Part shown: in pieces, positions 29,215 through 38,810 of the stretch
Layout of the letters: each line of letters starts with the position of its first letter
How positions within the stretch are numbered: position 1 is the stretch's first letter
Assembly: GCA_964345295.1 (NCBI GenBank)
Contig: CAYFQG010000011.1
Location: forward strand, 1-40,000
Source of the DNA: an uncultured Oscillospiraceae bacterium
Lineage (GTDB): Bacteria > Bacillota > Clostridia > Saccharofermentanales > Fastidiosipilaceae
DNA: 40,000 nucleotides
Direction of reading: 5' to 3'
The notes under the pieces: model-generated
Told to the model about the DNA's origin: nothing
What the model saw: only the letters and a program-made list of their open reading frames with translations
Database searches by the model: none
Program-made: the position numbers and the translations under genes

Positions 29215-29248
29215 TCGTTCTTGACACGCGCCCAGTCGGCAAAAGCTT

Positions 29249-29398
29249 TTACAGGCCGCTTCCGTCGAAAACCGGGATAAAGCTTTCTTTGGCCGTATCA
29301 CCTTCCTGGATAAAGCCGTTCTCGATTCCGATATCTATAGCATAGTCCACAATTCGGTCATAAATCTCGTCGCTGATTTTCCGGTTAAGTTCCGGGTA
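29249..29398 (-). pseudogene. Orphan C-terminal fragment of a PflX/YjjW-like radical SAM protein
   Basis: A frame different from the listed ORF reads YPELNRKISDEIYDRIVDYAIDIGIENGFIQEGDTAKESFIPVFDGSGL and then stops. I recall this as the conserved C-terminal tail of that radical-SAM family. No N-terminal CxxxCxxC part is present. Confidence 0.5.
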
Positions 29399-31010
29399 AG
29401 CTCGTTTTCCAAGCCCACGGCCTGCATAATGGCCACCTGACTTTGGTCTTGGATAGCTTCGGCCACTTGCTTGTAATAGATAACCAGGAAAACACCCAGG
29501 ATTAAAACGATGGAAAGGAAGATACCTACGAAAAGGATGCCGCCGTTTAGCTCATAGATATTTTGTCTGTGCTGGTCTCTAATACTGATATCCATACTAT
29601 AATTTTCACCCGAATCACGAAGCACGTTTTCGACGATCGTTTCGACTTCACCTTCCGGTACCGTCTCCGCATCCTCAACATCAAAATTCAGTGTACGGAC
29701 CAAGGCCGGCTTAAAGACTTGATTCTCAGTTTCTTGGACATTTTCCAAATAATTTCGTGCTATATCCTGCAAAACATCGTCTTCCGCGACTAAAATTTTC
29801 ACCGTATCAATGGCATAGATAGAGGGAATGGATAGCTCAGCACGTTTCACCTTATAAGTCTTATCCCCTATTTTCAGATTGTCTAGTCCTTTTAAAATTT
29901 CATCGTTATTGGCGCCCACCACCAGCTCATCGGACGCAATAGTAAAGTCCTTATCGAACATTTTGTTGTATGCATCCACGTTGTGAAATAAGAAAAGATA
30001 ACCGGTCAGTAAGTTGTTTTCCGCCTCTAGCACCAATTCTTTATCGTGGGAAATGGAGCCCGGGCAAATCATCTGACTGTCACGGTGGACATTCTTAAAG
30101 TAGGGACTGGCTTCCAAGTCCTTTTCTAAGGCCAAAACTTGTGTCTTAATCTCTTCTTTCGCCTGGCCATGCTGGTCTTCATCAAAGACCAAATCCAGTT
30201 TGTAGTCTTGAGGATAATTGGATTTCAGAGAATCTTCCAGGGAGATATAGACACCGCAAGATACGGCAACTACCAGTATAACACCCGTCGATAAGACGGC
30301 CAAAGAAGCCAGAGAGTTTGTATTAGACCTTAGCTTGTATAGCATGCCGGAAAAGGAAATAAAGTTAGAGGGCTTATAATAAAGTCCCTTCATGCTTCTG
30401 AGCCCTTTAAAAATCAGGGCCAAAATATTATTGGTAACTAAATAAGTCCCTATAATAACCAAGATTGTTGCGATTACGAAGACAAAAACAGATGTGACGA
30501 TATTAAAGGTCGACCGGGCCAACTGATATCCGCTAAGAATTAAGCCCAGGCCAAAGACACCCAGGATGACTTGCCAATAGGACTTTCTTTGCTTTAATCC
30601 CGACTTATCCTGCTTTAACTGCTCAATGGCCCTATCTAAATTTAAGCTAAATAAGTTCCAAAAAATCAAAACAACAGCCAGGCCCGCTAAAACAGCGGCA
30701 TTGATAGCCAAGGCTTTGGCCGAAAATGGAAAAGCACTCAGGCGAACATCATCGTATTGGAGCAAACGATTCAATAAAACAAAGAGCACCTTGCCGAGTA
30801 AGAAGCCGACACCGGTCGACAGGGCCAAAATAAAAAGGCTGTTTAAGACGGTTTCTACGGCCAAAATCAGGCCCACATCTCGACCTTCCATACCATAAAT
30901 AGCATAGAGCGCGAATTCCTTTTGTCTTTGGGAAAAGGCAAAACGGCTGGTATAAAGATAGAAAATCGCCACGAAGACGCCCATGATCACCGCTCCGGCC
31001 ATCATGAGAC
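29399..31010 (-). pseudogene. BceB-type (FtsX-domain) peptide-antibiotic ABC permease, truncated at both ends
   Basis: The ORF 29335-31017 begins inside the first FtsX domain (FSQRQKEFALYAIYGMEGRDVG). It retains the large extracellular loop. It ends just after the second YYKQVAEAIQDQSQVAIMQAVGL motif, so the last two TM helices are missing. Confidence 0.7.
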
Positions 31011-31198
31011 GCACCAATAGTAGCCGTTATAAGAAGGGAGGGTAATATCCAAAAGGACCAGGTCGGGCTGAAGCGCCTTAAATTCATCCAAAACCCTTGA
31101 AAAATCCCGGCAAAGACTCACTTCCAAGTCCCACTTGCCAAGCCTTCTTGTAAGAGTCTTGCTATAGACGGATCGTCTTCTAGCAGATAAATATGCAA
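31011..31198 (-). pseudogene. Receiver-domain fragment of an OmpR/BceR-type response regulator
   Basis: AAGGAG plus a TTG at 31198 gives LHIYLLEDDPSIARLLQEGL. There is a frameshift near 31137-31142, then GKWDLEVSLCRDFSRVLDEFKALQPDLVLLDITLPSYNGYYWC. The fragment abuts the permease fragment directly. The rest of the receiver domain and the DNA-binding domain are absent. Confidence 0.65.
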
Positions 31199-31235
31199 AA
31201 TACGCTCCTTCGCTACTTTTCGAACTATCCGATTG

Positions 31236-31266
31236 TAAAAAAGAAGCCCTCCGAAGAGGGCCTCTT
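31236..31266 (-). terminator. Rho-independent terminator downstream of gap
   Basis: The minus strand has the stem GCCCTC, loop TTCG, stem GAGGGC (plus-strand 31246-31261), followed by TTCTTTTTT. Confidence 0.65.
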
Positions 31267-31298
31267 TAAATCAGCTAAACTTAGTGTTTATAAGCAAC

Positions 31299-32375
<1,077 letters not shown>

Positions 32376-32544
32376 CTAAAACAATAAAAAAAACTAACAA
32401 TTCGGTACTAAATGCACCTTTGCTATGATAATAAAAAAACGAAACAAATTCAATCCAAATGCAACGTTTGACTGTGAATTTCTTGTGAAATAGGCTTTTT
32501 CTCTATTTTGACAAGGTAGAATCAAGCTCCCGGCCACTTATAGG

Positions 32545-34062
32545 CTACTTTTTCGAATCCTGATCCGGGTTCGAGTCGTCTTCTTCCTCATCATCCGCCG
32601 ATGAATCTTCATCGACCCTTCTAAAATGTAAGAAACGCTTGGTCGTATCCCAGGCTTCTTTCTTAATCTGGTCGGCTTCTTGTTCCTGCATATCCAGTTC
32701 TCTCTCGAGCTTATCTAAGTCGAAAGGCAAGATAGCCTTGGGCGGCTTCTTCTCCTCTTCCTTAGTAGAGCCGTTTTTTTCCTCATCTGTAGAAGGCGTC
32801 TTCTCTTGCCGGTCATCTTCCCTTGCTGCCTGACCTTTAGAAGTAGCAGGTTCTTCACGGGAAATCCCCATAACCTGATCGGCATCGGCTTCTTCCATAC
32901 CATAGAGAATCTTATTTTCGTCAATGCCCTTTTTGCGGACACGGTCGGACGACCAGGACCTTATCAGGACGTAGAAGACCGAGAAGGCCGGCACGGCCAA
33001 AAGAAGGCCGACAAAACCGAAAGCTTTGGACCCGAAAGTCACCGCAAAGAAAACGAGCAAGGACGGCAGGCCTACGGACTTACCAACCACTCTGGGATAG
33101 ATGAAATTACCTTCCAGCTGCTGGATGATAAGCAACATCAAAAGATAAGCTATACCTTGAATAGGCGACTCCACGAAGATGAACAAGGTACCGAAGGCAC
33201 CGAAGATAAGCGCGCCGAAAATCGGAATAAGCTGCCCTACGGCAATCATGACACTGATGGTCAAGGCATAGGGGAAGCCGAATATCTTCATACCGATAAA
33301 GTTCAAAGTACCTAAGATAAGGGCCTCCAGAACCGAACCGCCGATAAAACGCGAGAAGACACGGTTAACCAGGCTGAAGAACTGAACTAAGCGGTCTACG
33401 ATGCGTTCGGGGAAAGCCGCATAATTAAGCTCTCTCATATTACGGCCGATAGATTCTTTACGAAGCAGGAAGTAAATGGCGAAAACCAGACCTAAGAATG
33501 TATTAAAGAAACGGCTAAGTACGGACGAAAGCCAAACAAAAGCCGAGCTGGCCATGTCCGTAGTGGCCTGATTCAGCCAATTAATGCCGCGTTGAATCAG
33601 ATTATTGACCGAGAAACTGGAAGTCTGCAGCCATTTCACAAAGTCCGAATCATTGGTATCGAGCTTGGCCACCCAATCCTGAAAGTCCTTAATCGTGCCC
33701 GGAAGCTTATTACCGAAGGAAATAATGGTATTCACCAAGTCAGGCAAGACCAAGAAGATAATGGAGCCGATGATACCGAAGAAAATCAAGAAAGCCAAAA
33801 TCATGGAAATGGGACGGCGGATTTTCTGCCTAATCTTGTCGCCTCTCTTCCACTTCTTAGAAAACAGTAAGTTCTCCAAACTCCGCATGGGAAGGTTCAC
33901 CACAAAGGCAATAAAGGCCCCGATAAAGAGCGGTGAGAAAAAGGAGATAAAAGAGCTCAGGAAACGCGGTATGAAGTCCAGGCGCTGCATAACCCAGACC
34001 ATGGCCAATGTGATGGCGACCAGTGATAAGATACCTTTTTTCGTCTCGGAAGTTAGCTTCAT
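32545..34062 (-). CDS. AI-2E family transporter (PerM/YdiK-like) with long acidic C-terminal tail
   Basis: The start is placed at the ATG at 34062 (MKLTSETKK), preceded by AAGGAG with a 5-nt spacer. The upstream 10 codons in the ORF track lack an SD. The core has 8 TM segments with an AI-2E-like EGNFIYPRVVG motif, followed by an E/D/K-rich tail of roughly 140 aa. Confidence 0.85.
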   Translation of the reverse strand: MKLTSETKKGILSLVAITLAMVWVMQRLDFIPRFLSSFISFFSPLFIGAFIAFVVNLPMRSLENLLFSKKWKRGDKIRQKIRRPISMILAFLIFFGIIGSIIFLVLPDLVNTIISFGNKLPGTIKDFQDWVAKLDTNDSDFVKWLQTSSFSVNNLIQRGINWLNQATTDMASSAFVWLSSVLSRFFNTFLGLVFAIYFLLRKESIGRNMRELNYAAFPERIVDRLVQFFSLVNRVFSRFIGGSVLEALILGTLNFIGMKIFGFPYALTISVMIAVGQLIPIFGALIFGAFGTLFIFVESPIQGIAYLLMLLIIQQLEGNFIYPRVVGKSVGLPSLLVFFAVTFGSKAFGFVGLLLAVPAFSVFYVLIRSWSSDRVRKKGIDENKILYGMEEADADQVMGISREEPATSKGQAAREDDRQEKTPSTDEEKNGSTKEEEKKPPKAILPFDLDKLERELDMQEQEADQIKKEAWDTTKRFLHFRRVDEDSSADDEEEDDSNPDQDSKK

Positions 34063-34128
34063 ATGAGCTCCTTGCTTTTGATCTAATGGCATTTATGATA
34101 GCACAACCAAGACCTTTTCATGGCACAA

Positions 34129-37100
34129 TTATTCAAATTTTTCGACCTGGCTAAAGAGTCTTCTGAGTCTTTCCGGCACGCGATTTAATGGTTGCCCCTG
34201 ATTTAACCACAAGAGGTGGGCGTTGACTCCGGCGTTGAAATGGATTTGGCCGTGGTACTCTTCCAGGGCCAAAAGCTTAGACAATTCCAGCATATTGGGT
34301 CTGGCCTTTTGGCCGAACGCCATGTAAATATGCTTGTCTCTAATCTCAATCTGTTCTATGCCCATGAGTCCGGCTCTGGACTTCACATAGGAGATGTCGG
34401 CCAAAGTATAAGTCGCCTGAGGCAACTCACCGTAGCGGTCACTTAGCTCATCTAAAACATCGTAGTAGTCCGCCAAATTCTCGATATCCATAATGCGTCG
34501 ATACATGTCCATACGTTGGCCTTCGTCCGGAACCAAGTCGGGCGGAATATAAGCGTCCAAGGATAAGGCAATCTGGGTCTGGACTGCCTTGGGGGCCTGA
34601 TAGGTCGATTCGTCCAAAGAAGAAGCACCGGCGGCCTTCTCTTCTTCCCCATCTTCCTTTGAGGCCTTAATCCGGACCGGCTTAGTGGCCTGCTCTTCGG
34701 ATTCTCCTTGAAGATTTTCCTTAAGCTTTTCTTCGGCCAGGAGGTTTTCCACTTCTTCTTCCAGCATCTGGACATAAAGCTCATAACCTATAGCCGCCAT
34801 ATGGCCATGCTGCTCGGCACCCAAGAGGTTACCGGCGCCTCGAACCTCCAGGTCTCGAAGTGCAATCCTAAAGCCCGCACCTAATTCGGTGTACTCCCGG
34901 ATAGCGGCCAGACGTTTCTGTGCGTCCTCATTCATGACCTTGTCTTTTTCATATGTAATATAGGCATAGGCTTGGCGACCCGAACGGCCGACTCTGCCCT
35001 TTATCTGATAAAGCTGCGACAGACCCAGACGCTCGGCCATGGTCACAATCAGGGTATTGACATTGGGCATATCGATACCGGACTCAATAATCGTCGTGCA
35101 AAGCAGGATATCGGCTTCGCCTTGGACGAAAGAGTGGATAACATCCTCCAGCAAGCGTTCCGGCATTTGGCCGTGGGCGACCAGAATACGGGCCCCGGGC
35201 AGAAGTTTCTCCAGCTTCTCGGCCTCTTGATTAATCTTTCTGGTGTTATTAAATAGATAGAAAACCTGGCCGCCTCGGCCGATTTCTCTTTGAATAGCAT
35301 CGCCTATGACGTCTTCTTGATATTCCATGACAAAGGTCTGGACCTCTCGCCTGTCCTGGGGCGGCTCTTCGATGACGGAAATATCTCGCACCCCCGCCAA
35401 GGACATGTGAAGGGTTCTGGGGATGGGCGTCGCACTTAAAGCCAAGACATCAATATTAGGATAGAGGGCCTTGATTTTCTCTTTATCGTTCACGCCGAAA
35501 CGCTGCTCCTCGTCGATAACGAGGAAGCCCAAGTCCTTAAACTGAACATCATCGGACAAAATCCGGTGGGTCCCGATGACAACATCGATATCGCCGGTCC
35601 GAAGCCCTCTCAAGGTCTTCTTCTGCAAAGCCGGCGAGGCAAAACGTGAAAGATGGCCTACCCGAACCGGAAAATTACCTACCCGTTCCAGGAAGTTTTC
35701 ATAATGCTGCTGAGCCAAAACCGTAGTCGGAGCCATAAGGGCTGCCTGTTTACCGCCGTTAACCGCTTTAAACATGGCACGGAAAGCGACCTCGGTCTTG
35801 CCGAAACCGACGTCTCCTATAAGGAGCCGGTCCATGACCTTGTCCTTTTCCATATCGGCTTTAACTTCGGCAATGGCTTGAAGCTGATCATCGGTCTCTT
35901 CAAAGGGGAAACTATGGGCAAACTCTTCATCCCAAACCGTGTCCGGTGGGAAGGCATAGCCTTTAACCCGGCTTCGTTCGGCATAGAGTTTAACCAGGTC
36001 ATAGGCCAAAGCCTTGATAGACTCTCTGGCTCTACTCTTTAATTTATTCCATTCGCCTCCGCCCAAAGAGGACAGCTTGGCCTGGCTGCCACCCGTGGCA
36101 ACATAACGGCGCAACTGGTCCAAAGACTCAACGGGCACATAAAGTACATCGTTGTCTTTATACTGCAGTTCAATATAGTCGTGTTTGGACCCGTCTATCT
36201 CCAGGGTCTTAATGCCTACGTAACGCCCTATACCGTGGACCTCGTGTACTACCAGGTCGCCGACATTCATATCGGAGAAGAAAGCAATAGGAAGGCCTTC
36301 TTGTTTCTTATGTCGTCTTCTCTTTTTCCGCTCCGTGCCAAATACGTCCTGGCTACCTAAGACAAGAAGTCCTGCACCGGGCCATTCAAAACCTCTCCCC
36401 AAAGCTAGGGGAATCAGGCGCTCCACACTGCCGGGTGCTCGTTGTAAAAGCTCCGTATGCATGCGGTCCCGACGATTTTGGTCCAAAACATAGATATAAG
36501 TCTTTTCATTGAGGTTCTGACGCTCTTTTAAGGTTGCGAAAAGTTTATCCTCATAGCCCCTATAATTTTCCGTAGCACGGCTCTGAAGGCTATAGGCCTT
36601 AGACTTAGGAAAACCGCTGCCGGGCTGGCCCAAGAGCGAGAAATTCAGGCAAGAAAAATTCCGGTCCAAGCGTTTCAGGACCTCATGACCTGAAAAGAAA
36701 ATCTCTAAATTAAAGGAGGTCCCCTGGCCTTTTTCTATAAGCTGCTGACTTTGCAGGTAGTGGTCTCTATCATAGGCGTCCATCTTTCGGCTAATGTCGG
36801 GCATTTCCGATAAAATCGGCCGATAGTTGAGCTTCTCCAAGACATCCAAGAAATTCGTTTTCTCGGGGAAAATAAGAGGAATATAGCGGTCCAATACGCC
36901 CGAATCCGAACTATAAAGAATCCTCTCGACTTCCTGCCCGATAAAGGACTCAAAAGTCTCTAAATGAGACGGCGAGAGGCCTTGCTTTTTCATATTTAAA
37001 ATCTGCGACTTGGACCAGGCCTCAAGCTCATGACCCAGTTCTTGCCTCTTAACCTGGCTCAGGTAAAATTCTTTGGCCGGCGGAACCGAAATAGAAGGGC

Positions 37101-37821
37101 AAGGCGCCACCTGGCGCTGGCTTACCGGATCAAAGAAACGCAACTGGTCAATCTCATCATCAAAAAAAGAAATTCTAATGCCGTATAAGTCCAAACGGTC
37201 TTCTTCCGCTTCTTCCTCGGGTACCGGCCTGTCGATAGGGATAATATCCAAAATATCGCCTCTTAAAGCATACTGTCCCGGGGCGTCCACCAAGGGTACT
37301 CTTTCGTAGCCCATGGTCTCAAGTTTCATGCCGGCATCCTGAGGTTCAATAAGTTGACCGAGGCTCAAGGACAAGGTCCTGGATTTCAGGCTGTCGGCGC
37401 TCGGAACCGGTTGGAGCAAGGCCTGGCCGGTCACAATGATAAAGGGTTTTTGGCCCGAAATCAGACGGTTCAACAGGTCCAGCCGCTTACGGTTCGCATC
37501 CATAGAGGAGGCATCAATAGGCGACAACTGGAACTCACGCTCGGGAAAAAGACCGACCGCATCCGGCCAAAAGGCTTCCAGTGCCTCTGCCATTCTCCTG
37601 GCCTGGAGGCTGTCTTGAGCAATAAATACAAGACCCTGGTCCTCATCTTGGGCCAAAGCCAAGGCCGCCGCTATAAAGGCCTGGTGGTTTTCGACGGGAC
37701 CAATCACGTTAAGGTGCTGACCTTTTTGAAAAGCGCCTCTTTGCCAATCGTTAAGGAGCGAAACAAATTTAGGGTCTCTTGAGGCTGCCTCTAAAATCCA
37801 TTTGTAATCTAATACCGACAC
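34129..37821 (-). CDS. mfd: Transcription-repair coupling factor
   Basis: 1230 aa. It has a UvrB-homology N-terminus, the RNAP-interacting domain, SF2 translocase motifs (GDVGFGKTEVA, DEEQRFG, ATPIPRT) and the TRG motif. It is the downstream neighbour of pth, as in many Bacillota. Confidence 0.95.
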   Translation of the reverse strand: MSVLDYKWILEAASRDPKFVSLLNDWQRGAFQKGQHLNVIGPVENHQAFIAAALALAQDEDQGLVFIAQDSLQARRMAEALEAFWPDAVGLFPEREFQLSPIDASSMDANRKRLDLLNRLISGQKPFIIVTGQALLQPVPSADSLKSRTLSLSLGQLIEPQDAGMKLETMGYERVPLVDAPGQYALRGDILDIIPIDRPVPEEEAEEDRLDLYGIRISFFDDEIDQLRFFDPVSQRQVAPCPSISVPPAKEFYLSQVKRQELGHELEAWSKSQILNMKKQGLSPSHLETFESFIGQEVERILYSSDSGVLDRYIPLIFPEKTNFLDVLEKLNYRPILSEMPDISRKMDAYDRDHYLQSQQLIEKGQGTSFNLEIFFSGHEVLKRLDRNFSCLNFSLLGQPGSGFPKSKAYSLQSRATENYRGYEDKLFATLKERQNLNEKTYIYVLDQNRRDRMHTELLQRAPGSVERLIPLALGRGFEWPGAGLLVLGSQDVFGTERKKRRRHKKQEGLPIAFFSDMNVGDLVVHEVHGIGRYVGIKTLEIDGSKHDYIELQYKDNDVLYVPVESLDQLRRYVATGGSQAKLSSLGGGEWNKLKSRARESIKALAYDLVKLYAERSRVKGYAFPPDTVWDEEFAHSFPFEETDDQLQAIAEVKADMEKDKVMDRLLIGDVGFGKTEVAFRAMFKAVNGGKQAALMAPTTVLAQQHYENFLERVGNFPVRVGHLSRFASPALQKKTLRGLRTGDIDVVIGTHRILSDDVQFKDLGFLVIDEEQRFGVNDKEKIKALYPNIDVLALSATPIPRTLHMSLAGVRDISVIEEPPQDRREVQTFVMEYQEDVIGDAIQREIGRGGQVFYLFNNTRKINQEAEKLEKLLPGARILVAHGQMPERLLEDVIHSFVQGEADILLCTTIIESGIDMPNVNTLIVTMAERLGLSQLYQIKGRVGRSGRQAYAYITYEKDKVMNEDAQKRLAAIREYTELGAGFRIALRDLEVRGAGNLLGAEQHGHMAAIGYELYVQMLEEEVENLLAEEKLKENLQGESEEQATKPVRIKASKEDGEEEKAAGASSLDESTYQAPKAVQTQIALSLDAYIPPDLVPDEGQRMDMYRRIMDIENLADYYDVLDELSDRYGELPQATYTLADISYVKSRAGLMGIEQIEIRDKHIYMAFGQKARPNMLELSKLLALEEYHGQIHFNAGVNAHLLWLNQGQPLNRVPERLRRLFSQVEKFE

Positions 37822-37837
37822 GATGAACCTTCTTTAG

Positions 37838-38455
37838 CTAAGCATTAAAACGGGTCATGGCAAGCTCAAGACCGTCTGTCAAATAGGTTTCCACAATCGA
37901 AGTCACCTTGGGCCAAACCGGTTTCAACGTCTCTTCTTCGGCCAAAGAGAGCCTGCCTAAAACATAGTCGATAATATCGATATATTCCGGCTGGGGGCCG
38001 ATTCCTAAACGAATTCTGGGGAAATCTTCCGTCCCTAAGGACTTTTTCACCGACTTCATGCCGTTATGAGAGCCTGCTCCCCCCTTATTTCTGATACGGA
38101 TATGGCCTAAGTCAATATCAATATCGTCGTAAATAACCATGATATTTTGAGAGGGCACCTTGTAATAATTCTGCAACATACTGATGGCATCACCGCTGCT
38201 GTTCATAAAAGTCTGAGGCTTAACCAGGAGGACTTTTCGCCCCTTAATCGTAACCTGACTAGTCAGGGCCATAAATTTGCTTTTCTGCCAGTTTCCCTTG
38301 TAATGTTGGGCCAAAGTATCCACGGCCATAAAACCCATGTTATGCCTGGTGTTCTCGTATTCCTTGCCCGGATTTCCCAAACCGCACAACAAAATGAGCC
38401 CTTCATCAGGCTCTGACTTAAGAAACATATTTCTTCTACTATTTTTGTCAAACAA
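37838..38455 (-). CDS. pth: Peptidyl-tRNA hydrolase
   Basis: It carries the GLGNPGKEYENTRHNMGF motif. The TTG start at 38455 is preceded by AAGGAG with a 6-nt spacer. The N-terminus is about 12 aa longer than typical, so an internal ATG start (MFLKSEP) remains possible. Confidence 0.88.
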   Translation of the reverse strand: MFDKNSRRNMFLKSEPDEGLILLCGLGNPGKEYENTRHNMGFMAVDTLAQHYKGNWQKSKFMALTSQVTIKGRKVLLVKPQTFMNSSGDAISMLQNYYKVPSQNIMVIYDDIDIDLGHIRIRNKGGAGSHNGMKSVKKSLGTEDFPRIRLGIGPQPEYIDIIDYVLGRLSLAEEETLKPVWPKVTSIVETYLTDGLELAMTRFNA

Positions 38456-38486
38456 AGTGCTTCTCCTTGTTTTGTCAACTCGCTAG

Positions 38487-38495
38487 ATTATAACA
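38487..38495 (-). promoter_or_regulatory. Candidate extended -10 promoter element (TGtTATAAT) for pth-mfd
   Basis: The minus strand reads TGTTATAAT about 30 nt upstream of the pth start. No convincing -35 is present. Confidence 0.4.
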
Positions 38496-38539
38496 TGTAG
38501 GCCCTTGAAATACTCCTGTAATCTTCATGAAATATTATT

Positions 38540-38744
38540 TTGTCCACGGTCCGCGTACAGATTCCTTGACAAGGTCTTGTTCGGCCATTTTAGCTAAGGC
38601 CAAAGAAAAGCTGTTGATAAATGTGGAAACTGTGGATAACTTTGTGGACAGGTGTTCTTATCGGCCTAAATTTGTTAGTACATTGTAAAAATTCTTAAAT
38701 ATTCTTTGAATTGTCCACAATGTGCTTTTTGTACACCGTCCACA
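38540..38744. promoter_or_regulatory. DnaA-box cluster (seven boxes) with adjacent AT-rich tract
   Basis: Boxes were compared with TTATCCACA / TGTGGATAA. 38540-38548 TTGTCCACG has 2 mismatches. 38612-38620 TGTTGATAA has 1. 38622-38630 TGTGGAAAC has 2. 38631-38639 TGTGGATAA is perfect. 38643-38651 TGTGGACAG has 2. 38711-38719 TTGTCCACA has 1. 38736-38744 CCGTCCACA has 3. The tract 38667-38712 has only 7 G/C in 46 nt. Confidence 0.7.
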
Positions 38745-38776
38745 AGAGAAAAACAGGGGACTTAAATCCCCTGTTT
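38741..38776 (-). terminator. Rho-independent terminator after the MBL-fold hydrolase gene
   Basis: A perfect 10-bp stem pairs AAACAGGGGA (38751-38760) with TCCCCTGTTT (38767-38776) across a 6-nt loop. On the minus strand it is followed by TTTTTCTCTT. Confidence 0.75.
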
Positions 38777-38810
38777 CTCGAAAATTGCTTTTGAAATATT
38801 GAAAATCCTG

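Noticed and set aside
38527-38688. A 53-codon plus-strand ORF (MKYYFVHGPRTDSLTRS...) spanning the DnaA-box cluster.
   Set aside because: It has no SD and no recognisable protein features. Its openness is explained by the AT-poor box repeats. I treat the region as non-coding.
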